A stretch of DNA of 64,000 nucleotides, taken from assembly GCA_965206595.1 (NCBI GenBank), contig OZ242214.1, positions 6,752,001 through 6,816,000 on the forward strand, written 5' to 3'. Position 1 is the stretch's first letter. Every line of letters starts with the position of its first letter. Below are positions 24,159-32,203 of this stretch, piece by piece. The translations under genes were made by a program, and so were the position numbers. This DNA comes from Candidatus Latescibacterota bacterium. GTDB taxonomy: Bacteria; Latescibacterota; UBA2968; UBA8231. Under the pieces are notes generated by a model. That model was not told where the DNA came from and made no database searches. It worked only from the letters and a program-made list of their open reading frames with translations.

Positions 24159-24343
24159 TCTTGCAAGGCAACTCGTTGTGTAGCAATACGAAAAAGGGGG
24201 GATGGCGCGAACCGTATCCAACTCCTGTTGTATAGAGTCCCTTTCGCCACACCGCGGCTCAAATCTCGTTTAACTTCAATCAGTTAAGCGGTGCGCGAAC
24301 CTCCCCGTGTTTACCTGACCGCTTATGGTTCGCACCATCTTTC
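24159..24343 (-). promoter_or_regulatory. CRISPR leader
   Basis: AT-richer non-coding segment between cas2 and the first repeat, with gcgcgaacc at 24205 and 24293 and an inverted ggttcgc at 24327. Confidence 0.8.
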
Positions 24344-24634
24344 TCAGACGATCAATGTTCCGTTCAGGTCGGCAGTTGGCTTAGCCCCAACGTGCTCTAC
24401 ACGCCTCTTCCAATTTGCACCGAGGAAATAATACCTGAGACTGTCGGTTTCTGGATTGATGATGTCCTCAAGCTGCACCTTCAGGGCGGCCCATTGCGCC
24501 GGCTCCACCTCGATCTCAAACACTGAAAACTGCACTCGTTGTCCAAAATCGCGGCACCTCTTAGCGACACGTCTTAACCGGCGTACGCCGCCATCGGATG
24601 TCGTCGAGACATCGTACGTAACGAGAACCATCAT
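24344..24634 (-). CDS. cas2: CRISPR-associated Cas2
   Basis: 'VLVTYDV', 'RLRRVAK', 'GQRVQFSVFE'. Confidence 0.97.
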   Translation of the reverse strand: MMVLVTYDVSTTSDGGVRRLRRVAKRCRDFGQRVQFSVFEIEVEPAQWAALKVQLEDIINPETDSLRYYFLGANWKRRVEHVGAKPTADLNGTLIV

Positions 24635-24689
24635 GGCTGTTTATTTTCCTCACGGGGCGAATATGGTTCTGAAGGGTACGCTAGTAGTC

Positions 24690-25724
24690 CTATTTCCATA
24701 ACCAAGGCGGGTGAGCGTCTAAGTCGCCTCGAAGGTGCCGAGCCAGTAACTGCGCTTGTAGGTACGCGACCAATCCGAGGGGTGCCTGTTCCCCAAGAAA
24801 AGGATGACGACGCTCTACGCGCTTTCGCTCCTGCCAAGCACTGAGAACTGTCTTGCGAGCGCCGTCGCTCATTAAGACGCTGCCGCCTTCTCGGGTTTGG
24901 AAGTCTCTGGTGCGTACTTGCCGACGATTGATTAGCGATAGCGCGAGCCGGTCAGCCAAGACTGGCCGCAGCTCTTCCATAAGATCTAGCGCGAGACTCG
25001 GACGGCCGGGCCGATCTCTATGAAAGAAGCCTACGGCCGGATCCAAGCCCACGCTTTCGGCGGCCGATCTGCAATCGTGGACGAGAAGGGTATAGAGAAA
25101 CGAGAGCAGGGCATTCATCGGGTCACGCGGCGGCCGGCGGTTGCGGCCGGCGAATGCCATCTCTGGGTCGGGTACGCGGATCAGGTGGCCAAAGACGGAG
25201 AAATAGAGCCGTGCGGCCTCGCCTTCAAAACCGCGCAGCCTATCGATACTGTCGTGGCCGTCGCTGATGCGTTGCACAATCTGCCGAAGGCGATTCGTCG
25301 CGGCGGACATGGCTTCGCGGCCAGAAGGCTCAAGCTCGTCGCCGTAATCTCGCTGCGCTCTTTGCAGGACGCTTCTCTGATTGGAGATCTTGCCGACGAG
25401 AATGCTGCGGACGATCTCTTCTGGGTCGTCGCTGGCTCTATATTGGGCGCGACGCAGCAGCACGTTGCCAGAGACCGGTCCCTCGACCCGGGCTTGGAAT
25501 CGGCCGAATCGACTCAAGAGTACAAAGACGATGCCACCGGCGGCACATGCCTGGATCAGGGATGGAGATATATAGATGCTACCAAACACCACTACGGATC
25601 CCAGCATATGGAAGGGCACCCTTATACGTTCTTCATCCTCAATTTTCGCGACCAGATTCTCGCCGTCCTTGGTCAGACGTGCTTCAGGCGTAGTAACGTA
25701 TAGCGTATTAAGCAACCGCCTCAT
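24690..25724 (-). CDS. cas1: Type I-C Cas1
   Basis: 'MRRLLNTLYVTT', 'LRGFEGEAARLYF', 'RPSLALDLMEELR'; ATGA overlap with cas4. Confidence 0.97.
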   Translation of the reverse strand: MRRLLNTLYVTTPEARLTKDGENLVAKIEDEERIRVPFHMLGSVVVFGSIYISPSLIQACAAGGIVFVLLSRFGRFQARVEGPVSGNVLLRRAQYRASDDPEEIVRSILVGKISNQRSVLQRAQRDYGDELEPSGREAMSAATNRLRQIVQRISDGHDSIDRLRGFEGEAARLYFSVFGHLIRVPDPEMAFAGRNRRPPRDPMNALLSFLYTLLVHDCRSAAESVGLDPAVGFFHRDRPGRPSLALDLMEELRPVLADRLALSLINRRQVRTRDFQTREGGSVLMSDGARKTVLSAWQERKRVERRHPFLGEQAPLGLVAYLQAQLLARHLRGDLDAHPPWLWK

Positions 25725-26425
25725 GGGTTTTCTCCAGGCTCGGCAAGGTGCGATGCCAGGGTACGCATTCGCCATGCGAGAACCGACCGGTCCATCGCCT
25801 TCGGGCGACACTGTTCGAACAGAGAACACCCACCGCACTTGGCCGCTTCGTATTCGGCTGGGGGTGTGCGGTTTTGCGCAAAGAGTGTCGCTACCTGCAC
25901 GACTGTCGTCTCGGTCAGGGTGCGGAGCTCGGCGTCAAAAGACACTTCCTTCCGCCGTTTGGTTTGGCCGTAGTAAAAGGCCCCCATCGGCACTTCTGTA
26001 CCGGTCATTTCCTCAAGGCACAGTGCTTGGGCGCAGAGTTGCACCTCGTCGGCGCGATGCACTTTGGCCTTGCCGCGTTTGAACTCGACCGGGAACGGGG
26101 TCGGACCTGTCCGGCTTTCGCGGAACTCGACCATATCGGCGACGCCTGTAAGATTGAGCCGAAGGCTGTAGATCGGGAGCGACATTACTTGGCGCACACC
26201 TGCCCTGCGCCGACGCCCTGCTTCGTCAATGACTTGATGCAGTACTCGACCTTCAGCGGTAAACCGATTTTCCTCCCAAAGCCGTTCCAAGTGGATCAGA
26301 GCGCATTGCCTCATACAGTACACCGCATGTTGCAGTGCCGACACGGGTATCGGCTCCATTCCATGGTCCGATCCATCCCCCTCCCTAGGGGGGGACCGCC
26401 CGAACTGCGCTTCACTCATCGTCAT
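25721..26425 (-). CDS. cas4: Cas4 exonuclease (alternative start 26359)
   Basis: 'SALQHAVYCMRQ', 'GVADMVE', 'PVEFKRG', 'QLCAQALCLEEM', and C-terminal CxxCxxxxxC Fe-S ligands. Confidence 0.95.
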   Translation of the reverse strand: MTMSEAQFGRSPPREGDGSDHGMEPIPVSALQHAVYCMRQCALIHLERLWEENRFTAEGRVLHQVIDEAGRRRRAGVRQVMSLPIYSLRLNLTGVADMVEFRESRTGPTPFPVEFKRGKAKVHRADEVQLCAQALCLEEMTGTEVPMGAFYYGQTKRRKEVSFDAELRTLTETTVVQVATLFAQNRTPPAEYEAAKCGGCSLFEQCRPKAMDRSVLAWRMRTLASHLAEPGENP

Positions 26426-26468
26426 CTCCGCTCCGTTTGTTTCATTCCGTGCCCCGCACAGGGGCGTC
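26365..26468 (-). repeat. Degenerate CRISPR repeat - 42 nt - degenerate repeat (mini-array) at the cas7/cas4 junction
   Basis: 26468-26439 GACGCCCCTGTGCGGGGCACGGAATGAAAC (24/32 to the array repeat, 2 gaps) and 26396-26365 GTCCCCCCCTAGGGAGGGGGATGGATCGGACC (21/32, ungapped). Confidence 0.7.
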
Positions 26469-27412
26469 TATGTGATCGGCTCGACGACCTCGACATTTGC
26501 CGGCATATCGTCCAAGTCGAGCTCTACGCGATAGTCAGCAAAGCTGCGGGCAGGCGGCAGGGTGCCTTCGCTACCATCCGCTTCTGCACGCTGCACACTC
26601 ACCCGCTCAAAGAGCCTATGCGCGGGCGCGTTGCCCAAGGCACTGGCGTGCTTAAAGGCAATGAGCCGACGAGCAACCATTTCGCCGCGGGCGGCCGAGT
26701 GGTCGTGCTCGAACATCTGCGTCAAGGCATTCCAGAGGACGTCGAGATCGTCCGGCGAAAAGCCGGTGCGTTCGGCGAGCTTGGCGGAGACAAAGCCGTG
26801 CGCCCGATACAGCCCGTAGGGCACAATATGTTTGCGACCCATGGTGCGGTGCTCGGTCCGCTCGTCGCCCGCGTTTTCATCGCTGGCATCCTCGCGCTCC
26901 TGCTTTTCGTTTTCGTTGGTCGCTGCCATGCGCGTAATGGACACTTCGAGTGGCACGATCTGATCGATGGACCGCGCAAAGGTCATCTGTACCGGCCCGC
27001 GGACCTGGCCGCAGTTGATGCCGGTACTCATTACCGCACCGAAGGTGCGCACATCAAAGAAATTGTCGCACATGAAGCCGCGCAGTTTATCCATCTCCTC
27101 GTCGCTTTGAGGGCTTAGTTTCTTGCTGCTCTCGACCTTCTTGTCGTTGGGGCGCACAACCCGATACGCCTTCCGGTGTTGCTCGTTGAGCAGAGCACCT
27201 TCCTGGACGTAGATCGCGTAGCCGGACTCGTCGCCCTTAGCCAGTTCGACGAAATTGCGCACCTTGCGCTTGAGGCAGACATCCGTGACCAATCCTTGGT
27301 TCGTTTCCGGGTCGAGGCGCGGGAGGTTTCCTGCATCCGGGTCGCCGTTGGGGTTGCCGTTGTTGACGTCGAACAGATAGACGAAGTCGTAGCGATGGTT
27401 GAGTGCGGTCAT
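26468..27412 (-). CDS. cas7: Type I-C Cas7 (Csd2)
   Basis: 'NGNPNGDPDAGNLPR', 'TDVCLKRKVRN', 'FDVRTFGAV', 'GQVRGPVQ'. Confidence 0.97.
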   Translation of the reverse strand: MTALNHRYDFVYLFDVNNGNPNGDPDAGNLPRLDPETNQGLVTDVCLKRKVRNFVELAKGDESGYAIYVQEGALLNEQHRKAYRVVRPNDKKVESSKKLSPQSDEEMDKLRGFMCDNFFDVRTFGAVMSTGINCGQVRGPVQMTFARSIDQIVPLEVSITRMAATNENEKQEREDASDENAGDERTEHRTMGRKHIVPYGLYRAHGFVSAKLAERTGFSPDDLDVLWNALTQMFEHDHSAARGEMVARRLIAFKHASALGNAPAHRLFERVSVQRAEADGSEGTLPPARSFADYRVELDLDDMPANVEVVEPIT

Positions 27413-27819
27413 TCTTCGTTCTCCTTTTCTTCTTTGCCCTCCTCACTGGGGGCGGACTTGGTGTAGAAATCGTTTTTCTGGTGGTAGTAGCCGATGGCGA
27501 AGAGGGCCTGACGCTCCATCGTCAGCGTCGCCACGAACAGCTCATCGGGCGTGGCGCACCCATAGATCTGGGCGATTGCGTTGTCGATATAGCGATGAGT
27601 TGCAGGCCGGTCTTTCCGCAGACGCGACAGGTGGTTCATGGCGTTGCGTTGCAGGAGGGGAAATACAGACCGCGGCGTCGCCGAAGCCGCCCCGTAGTAC
27701 TTATCGCATATCGTGGCGTTGACCTTGCCACCGAGGGCCTGCGTTTGCGCGTACTCAAAGCAGGCAAATAGCCGGCCCAGCAAATAGCCGGGGTCGGCGT
27801 TTGTGGGATCGAGGGACAC
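27409..27819 (-). CDS. cas11: Cas11c small subunit, internally translated from cas8c
   Basis: In-frame GTG (VSLDPTN...) preceded by AAGGAG inside cas8c, as established for type I-C systems. Confidence 0.75.
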   Translation of the reverse strand: MSLDPTNADPGYLLGRLFACFEYAQTQALGGKVNATICDKYYGAASATPRSVFPLLQRNAMNHLSRLRKDRPATHRYIDNAIAQIYGCATPDELFVATLTMERQALFAIGYYHQKNDFYTKSAPSEEGKEEKENEE

Positions 27820-29232
27820 GATAAAATTCTCCTTTGTTAAATGGTCATCCTTGCGCCTATTTCGGCAGACCACGGCTTTGAGTAAGGCTACGCGCAGGTC
27901 CGTTATGGCCTTATCCGACCGCAGTCGCATGAGAATCGTGGATAACAACGTCTGCGGATAACGGCGACCTGTCAGGATGGCGCGTAGCATATCCCCAGCG
28001 AGTTGGGGAGGGATATGTTCGTATCGGTTTTTTACCTTCGTCGTGGCGGTCTCAAGTAGGCAGCGCCGAACGCTTGGCTGCTCTTGGCGCGGCCGCGGGT
28101 CGAGGCGCATATCCCGATAGTGCCAGAGGATATGCTCGGCAAACGTCGCAAAGTCGTCCTCCAGCCAGAAGCGAATCGAAATACGCGCTGCATTGGGGGC
28201 CAATCCCAGCACGTGGAAGCGCACACCTTGGGGCAAATCCGGGCGGATTTCCTCCATGGGACGGCCCCTTGCCATTTTTTCGAGAATGGGCTTGATGGCC
28301 TGCTCGCTTGTCGCGTCGTCTGTGTCATTGGTGTCATTGAAGGCGAAGGAAAATATTGCCTCGCTTTGCGCCACTGCTTCTGCCTCCGAGCCATCGGCCC
28401 AGAATACAGTCGAGGCGTCACCGAGCTGCACTTTGTTCTCGTTGGTACGGAGAAGGTGGTTGAGCACAGTCGTATAGGCGGCGGCAGCGTCCTCGCTTAC
28501 GGGTGCATTATCGCCCTGTTTGTGCCCATAAGACTCAAAGGCGTCGAGATTGAAAGAGACGATGGATGCGCCGGAAGACTGTGCGCCACGCACCCCCTTG
28601 ATCGCGGGATGCAGCCGGGCGATAGGGGATCTCTCTCCGGTCACCAAGCAAACGGCTTTGCCCGGTTCGTGATCCTGATTCATCTGCAAGGCCCAGAGTT
28701 GACGTGCGGCCTCGCGGTCGTGTATGAAGTTGTGCTCTCCCTCCAGCCGGAACACCACATTGGCCCCCTTCATTTCGTCTGGCCAGCCACGCGCGTCGAA
28801 GTACTCTGGCTTCCACCATTGCAAGAAACGATAATAAGCCACAAGTCCTGCGTCGCTTTCGTTTTGCAGAGCAAAGTGCCTGTTCTGAAAAGCCTCGTAC
28901 TGATTCTCTACCCGCTCGGCACGCCGCTCTCTGGTGTCTGGGGTCTCGCCTTCCAAGTCTTCCATTGCACCAAGCGAATACGATGCCTTGTCCCAAAGGA
29001 AGTTCGGCACAATTTTGACCGTCCGCTTCTCTGGTCGCGGAACTGAGTGTCGCGGGGCTACGGGTTTCTTCCCTGAGTGGTCTCGTAGGTCCACAGGCGG
29101 ACCATCGGACTGGCCATCGGCCTTCAGGACGACGCAATAGTCGATCCGCTCATTGGAATAGCCAATCGGCGGCACTTTGTTCTCTGTTGCGAGCCGGTGA
29201 TAGGCCCGCTCAAGAGAAGCCAGAATGCTCAT
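27409..29232 (-). CDS. cas8c: Type I-C Cas8c (Csd1)
   Basis: 'PNFLWDK', 'CLVTG', 'IVSFNLDAFESYG', 'LAPNAARIS', 'GYLLGRLFA', 'FAIGYYHQ'. Confidence 0.97.
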   Translation of the reverse strand: MSILASLERAYHRLATENKVPPIGYSNERIDYCVVLKADGQSDGPPVDLRDHSGKKPVAPRHSVPRPEKRTVKIVPNFLWDKASYSLGAMEDLEGETPDTRERRAERVENQYEAFQNRHFALQNESDAGLVAYYRFLQWWKPEYFDARGWPDEMKGANVVFRLEGEHNFIHDREAARQLWALQMNQDHEPGKAVCLVTGERSPIARLHPAIKGVRGAQSSGASIVSFNLDAFESYGHKQGDNAPVSEDAAAAYTTVLNHLLRTNENKVQLGDASTVFWADGSEAEAVAQSEAIFSFAFNDTNDTDDATSEQAIKPILEKMARGRPMEEIRPDLPQGVRFHVLGLAPNAARISIRFWLEDDFATFAEHILWHYRDMRLDPRPRQEQPSVRRCLLETATTKVKNRYEHIPPQLAGDMLRAILTGRRYPQTLLSTILMRLRSDKAITDLRVALLKAVVCRNRRKDDHLTKENFIVSLDPTNADPGYLLGRLFACFEYAQTQALGGKVNATICDKYYGAASATPRSVFPLLQRNAMNHLSRLRKDRPATHRYIDNAIAQIYGCATPDELFVATLTMERQALFAIGYYHQKNDFYTKSAPSEEGKEEKENEE

Positions 29233-29891
29233 CGCAGTACCTCCGGCGAATTGGGTGAAGGAATTTCGACAACCCCCTGTTTCATTTCGGCGCGAAAGAA
29301 AAGCGGCTGTCGCTCGTTTTCGTGGTCAATATCGTAGAGCATCCAGCCCAAGTCACGGCTTTCATCAATCGCTGGCGGTAGGTCGTCTTCGTGCTCAATG
29401 AGTGTGTAGTCTGCAGCAAATTCTCGCGTTCCAAGACAGGGCTGGTGAAAGCACTGCCCGTTCCTAGCGCGGCGATTGAAGATGTCGAGGTGTTTGCCCA
29501 CGTTATCGCTTTCGCCCGCTTCGTCCGTCATGTCAAAGTGCGCTTCAATGGCGTACTCAACGTTGACCAAGACGGTTGCGGCGCGTTGCTGGCGATCATC
29601 CTCAACTTTGGTGTAGAGGGTCTCAATGGAGCCCCTGTTTTTCGCCGTGCGGACAGACCCCATGGGAATTTTCTTGCCGACTTCGTTGCGCCGGATCGAC
29701 TGGAACCGAATCGGCTTGAGAACGTGAAGGCGGTCAATGCGCCAGACGATGTCCGGCTTCCAGTGAATGGCCTCCAAGATGCCGCGTGCCGCCGAAGGCG
29801 TCATTACGTCGTAGGATACGCGCTCGACTTTCATTTCCGGCCGAGTGAAACAGGCGTATTCGCCTCCCACGCGCAGACGTATTCCGAACAT
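29229..29891 (-). CDS. cas5c: Type I-C Cas5 (Cas5d, pre-crRNA processing nuclease)
   Basis: 'GEYACFTRPEMKVERVSYDVMTPSAARGILEAIHWKP', 'PCLGTREF'. Confidence 0.97.
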   Translation of the reverse strand: MFGIRLRVGGEYACFTRPEMKVERVSYDVMTPSAARGILEAIHWKPDIVWRIDRLHVLKPIRFQSIRRNEVGKKIPMGSVRTAKNRGSIETLYTKVEDDRQQRAATVLVNVEYAIEAHFDMTDEAGESDNVGKHLDIFNRRARNGQCFHQPCLGTREFAADYTLIEHEDDLPPAIDESRDLGWMLYDIDHENERQPLFFRAEMKQGVVEIPSPNSPEVLR

Positions 29892-29921
29892 GGACGAACT
29901 CCTTTTCTGTGGTATTGTGGT

Positions 29922-29949
29922 ATTTCAATACCCTCCGCACGGGGGGCAC
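29922..29949 (-). repeat. Isolated degenerate CRISPR repeat between cas3 and cas5c
   Basis: GTGCCCCCCGTGCGGAGGGTATTGAAAT, 25/32 to the array repeat with gaps, retaining the hairpin and ATTGAAA end. Confidence 0.75.
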
Positions 29950-29957
29950 CCCTACCA

Positions 29958-32180
29958 TTATATTAGCATCACCTCATCGCCGAGCGCATCCGCGTCCTCC
30001 CAAAGGAGGCCGACATCTTCTTGATAGAGGCTTTGAGTGAAGAGAACGGCGAACTGGTCACCGAAGCGTTCCTGTGCCTCAAAATAAACGTGATTATTTT
30101 TTACAAGTTGTTCTCGGAAGCGAGGATAAACTTGCACAATATAAGGTTGGAGCCGTCGCGCCACCCCGCCAACTCGTTCAACATATGCGAGATCACGCAT
30201 GGCCTTACGCGCTTCCTCTTCTCGGGCGACGATCACCGGCTCAAGTCCACTCTGAATCAGGCGAAACGTCTCGCCAACTTCGCGGAAGGAGAACGAAGTG
30301 CCGTGCTTACTCATCTTGAACTTTTGCAAGAAGTCATCGCCAAGCCCCTCTCCTTTGCGCCAGTACACCTCTTGGAAGTAGTCTTCCATAGCCTCTGGCG
30401 ACAGCAGGTCGTCGTGGCGACCCATGATGCGCTCCATATCTCCGGCAAGCTGGCGCAGTTCAGGCGGACTTTGATGTTCCTCGGATTGGAACGCGGTGAC
30501 AATGCTGTTTGCAACATCTCGTCGACCCTCCCTATTACACCGCCCAGCAGCTTGGGCAATCGAATCAAGCCCTGCCTCGGCCCGCCAAACCCTCGGAAAA
30601 TCCAAATCAACGCCTGCCTCAACCAGCGAGGTAGCAATCAATCGGCACGGCTTGCCTGCCTTTAACCGCTGGCGCACATCCGCAAGGATGCGGCGGCGAT
30701 GCACTGCGTATTGCCGCGTACTCAGATGCACGACGCCCTCAATGTCTGCTTCACGGGCTTGCCGAAAGAGGTCCAAGGCATGTTTCCGACTGTTGACAAT
30801 AACCATGCCTTGCACCGTTTGCGTGAGAGCGGCGCATAGGCTCTCGTCGCTTAGTACGCCCTCGTGGGCGATGGTGACGCGGGCAAGCCTCTGGTGCAAG
30901 CGCGGCGGGTCAGGTGCGAGTTCGCGGACTTGGTCAAAGCCCCCTTCGAAATCAGGTGCCTTGAGTGCCGGTTGGGTCGCGGTGCATAATACTATTGAAG
31001 AACCATAGTTACGAGCTAGTTCATCAAGAACAGCAACCGAAGGCCGTAGTACATGTAGGGGGATAGTCTGCGCTTCGTCGAGGACAATGACCGCACGAGC
31101 CAAATTATGCAGCTTGCGGCACCGCGACGGCCGATGAGAAAACAGGCTCTCAAAGAGCTGGACGTTGGTGGTCGCGACGATGGGGGCCGCCCAGTCCTCC
31201 ATGGCGAGCCGCAGTTTATCGGCTCCCTCCCGATTTGTGGACTTACTTTCGTCAATAGACGAATGATGTTCTAGGACGACGCCCTCACCCAGCACATCGC
31301 GGAAAATCGCTGCGGTCTGGTCAATCACTGAAGTAAAGGGAATAGCATAGATGATGCGCTCAAGCCCGTGTGCTTTGGCATGGTCGAGAGCAAAGGCGAG
31401 GGAAGTCAGCGTTTTGCCGCCGCCGGTCGGTACATTGAGCGAGAACAGGCCCGGAGAGTAATGGGCTTGAGCCCGAACATGCTTCAGAATTTCGCGGCGT
31501 AGGTGATTGACCTTCCCTTTGCTATCAAATCCTGCGAGGTGATCATTGAGCCTATCGCGTAGCGGATCAACTATTTCTGGGAGCGTCGGCCAGTCGCGGT
31601 CAACGGCCTCGCCTTTTGCATCAGCGTAAAAGCCCTCGGTGTCGCGGAAGTCTGCGTCAACGAGGCACGAGAAGATCATCCGTGTCAAAAAGGAGAGCTG
31701 AAACACCGTCGTCTCACGGTCTTTCCCTAATGTGAACCCTTCGGGCCAAAGACCAGTAGCATCTGGCCGAATTTCCAGATCCCAAGTCGAGTCAAGCGGG
31801 TCGAGTGTCTTTTTTAGCCGCTCGTCAAGCGAATTGAGTGAACCGGTCCCGCTTTGCATATCCGGCAGGCCAGCGTGGTGCCCGGCGATGGCATAAGCGA
31901 TGAGTTGCGCCATTGCCCGATCCATATCTGTTTCTACCACGGTGTTGACAATTTTTGCGCCAGCGGTCGCGTGATCCACCGCTGGGCCGCCGTGCAGGCG
32001 CTTCTGGAATGCTTCTGTGTATTTGCCAAGATCATGAAAAAGCCCGGCCAAGCCTGCGGCCTTACCTGTTCCAAACTTGGCTCCTCGTGCCTCCGCCCCG
32101 GCTTGAACCTTAAGCAGGTGCTCCCGTAGCGGCTGCCAGTATTCTTTCGACTGATCTGCGAGAGAGTGAGCATAGTACAT
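29958..32180 (-). CDS. cas3: Cas3 HD-nuclease/helicase
   Basis: Starts 'MYYAHS'; 'HDLGK', 'HHAGL', 'LVDAD', 'VPTGGGKT', 'LDEAQ', 'QAAGRCNREG'. Confidence 0.97.
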   Translation of the reverse strand: MYYAHSLADQSKEYWQPLREHLLKVQAGAEARGAKFGTGKAAGLAGLFHDLGKYTEAFQKRLHGGPAVDHATAGAKIVNTVVETDMDRAMAQLIAYAIAGHHAGLPDMQSGTGSLNSLDERLKKTLDPLDSTWDLEIRPDATGLWPEGFTLGKDRETTVFQLSFLTRMIFSCLVDADFRDTEGFYADAKGEAVDRDWPTLPEIVDPLRDRLNDHLAGFDSKGKVNHLRREILKHVRAQAHYSPGLFSLNVPTGGGKTLTSLAFALDHAKAHGLERIIYAIPFTSVIDQTAAIFRDVLGEGVVLEHHSSIDESKSTNREGADKLRLAMEDWAAPIVATTNVQLFESLFSHRPSRCRKLHNLARAVIVLDEAQTIPLHVLRPSVAVLDELARNYGSSIVLCTATQPALKAPDFEGGFDQVRELAPDPPRLHQRLARVTIAHEGVLSDESLCAALTQTVQGMVIVNSRKHALDLFRQAREADIEGVVHLSTRQYAVHRRRILADVRQRLKAGKPCRLIATSLVEAGVDLDFPRVWRAEAGLDSIAQAAGRCNREGRRDVANSIVTAFQSEEHQSPPELRQLAGDMERIMGRHDDLLSPEAMEDYFQEVYWRKGEGLGDDFLQKFKMSKHGTSFSFREVGETFRLIQSGLEPVIVAREEEARKAMRDLAYVERVGGVARRLQPYIVQVYPRFREQLVKNNHVYFEAQERFGDQFAVLFTQSLYQEDVGLLWEDADALGDEVMLI

Positions 32181-32203
32181 TATTGCACTGCACCTTGCGC
32201 CCG

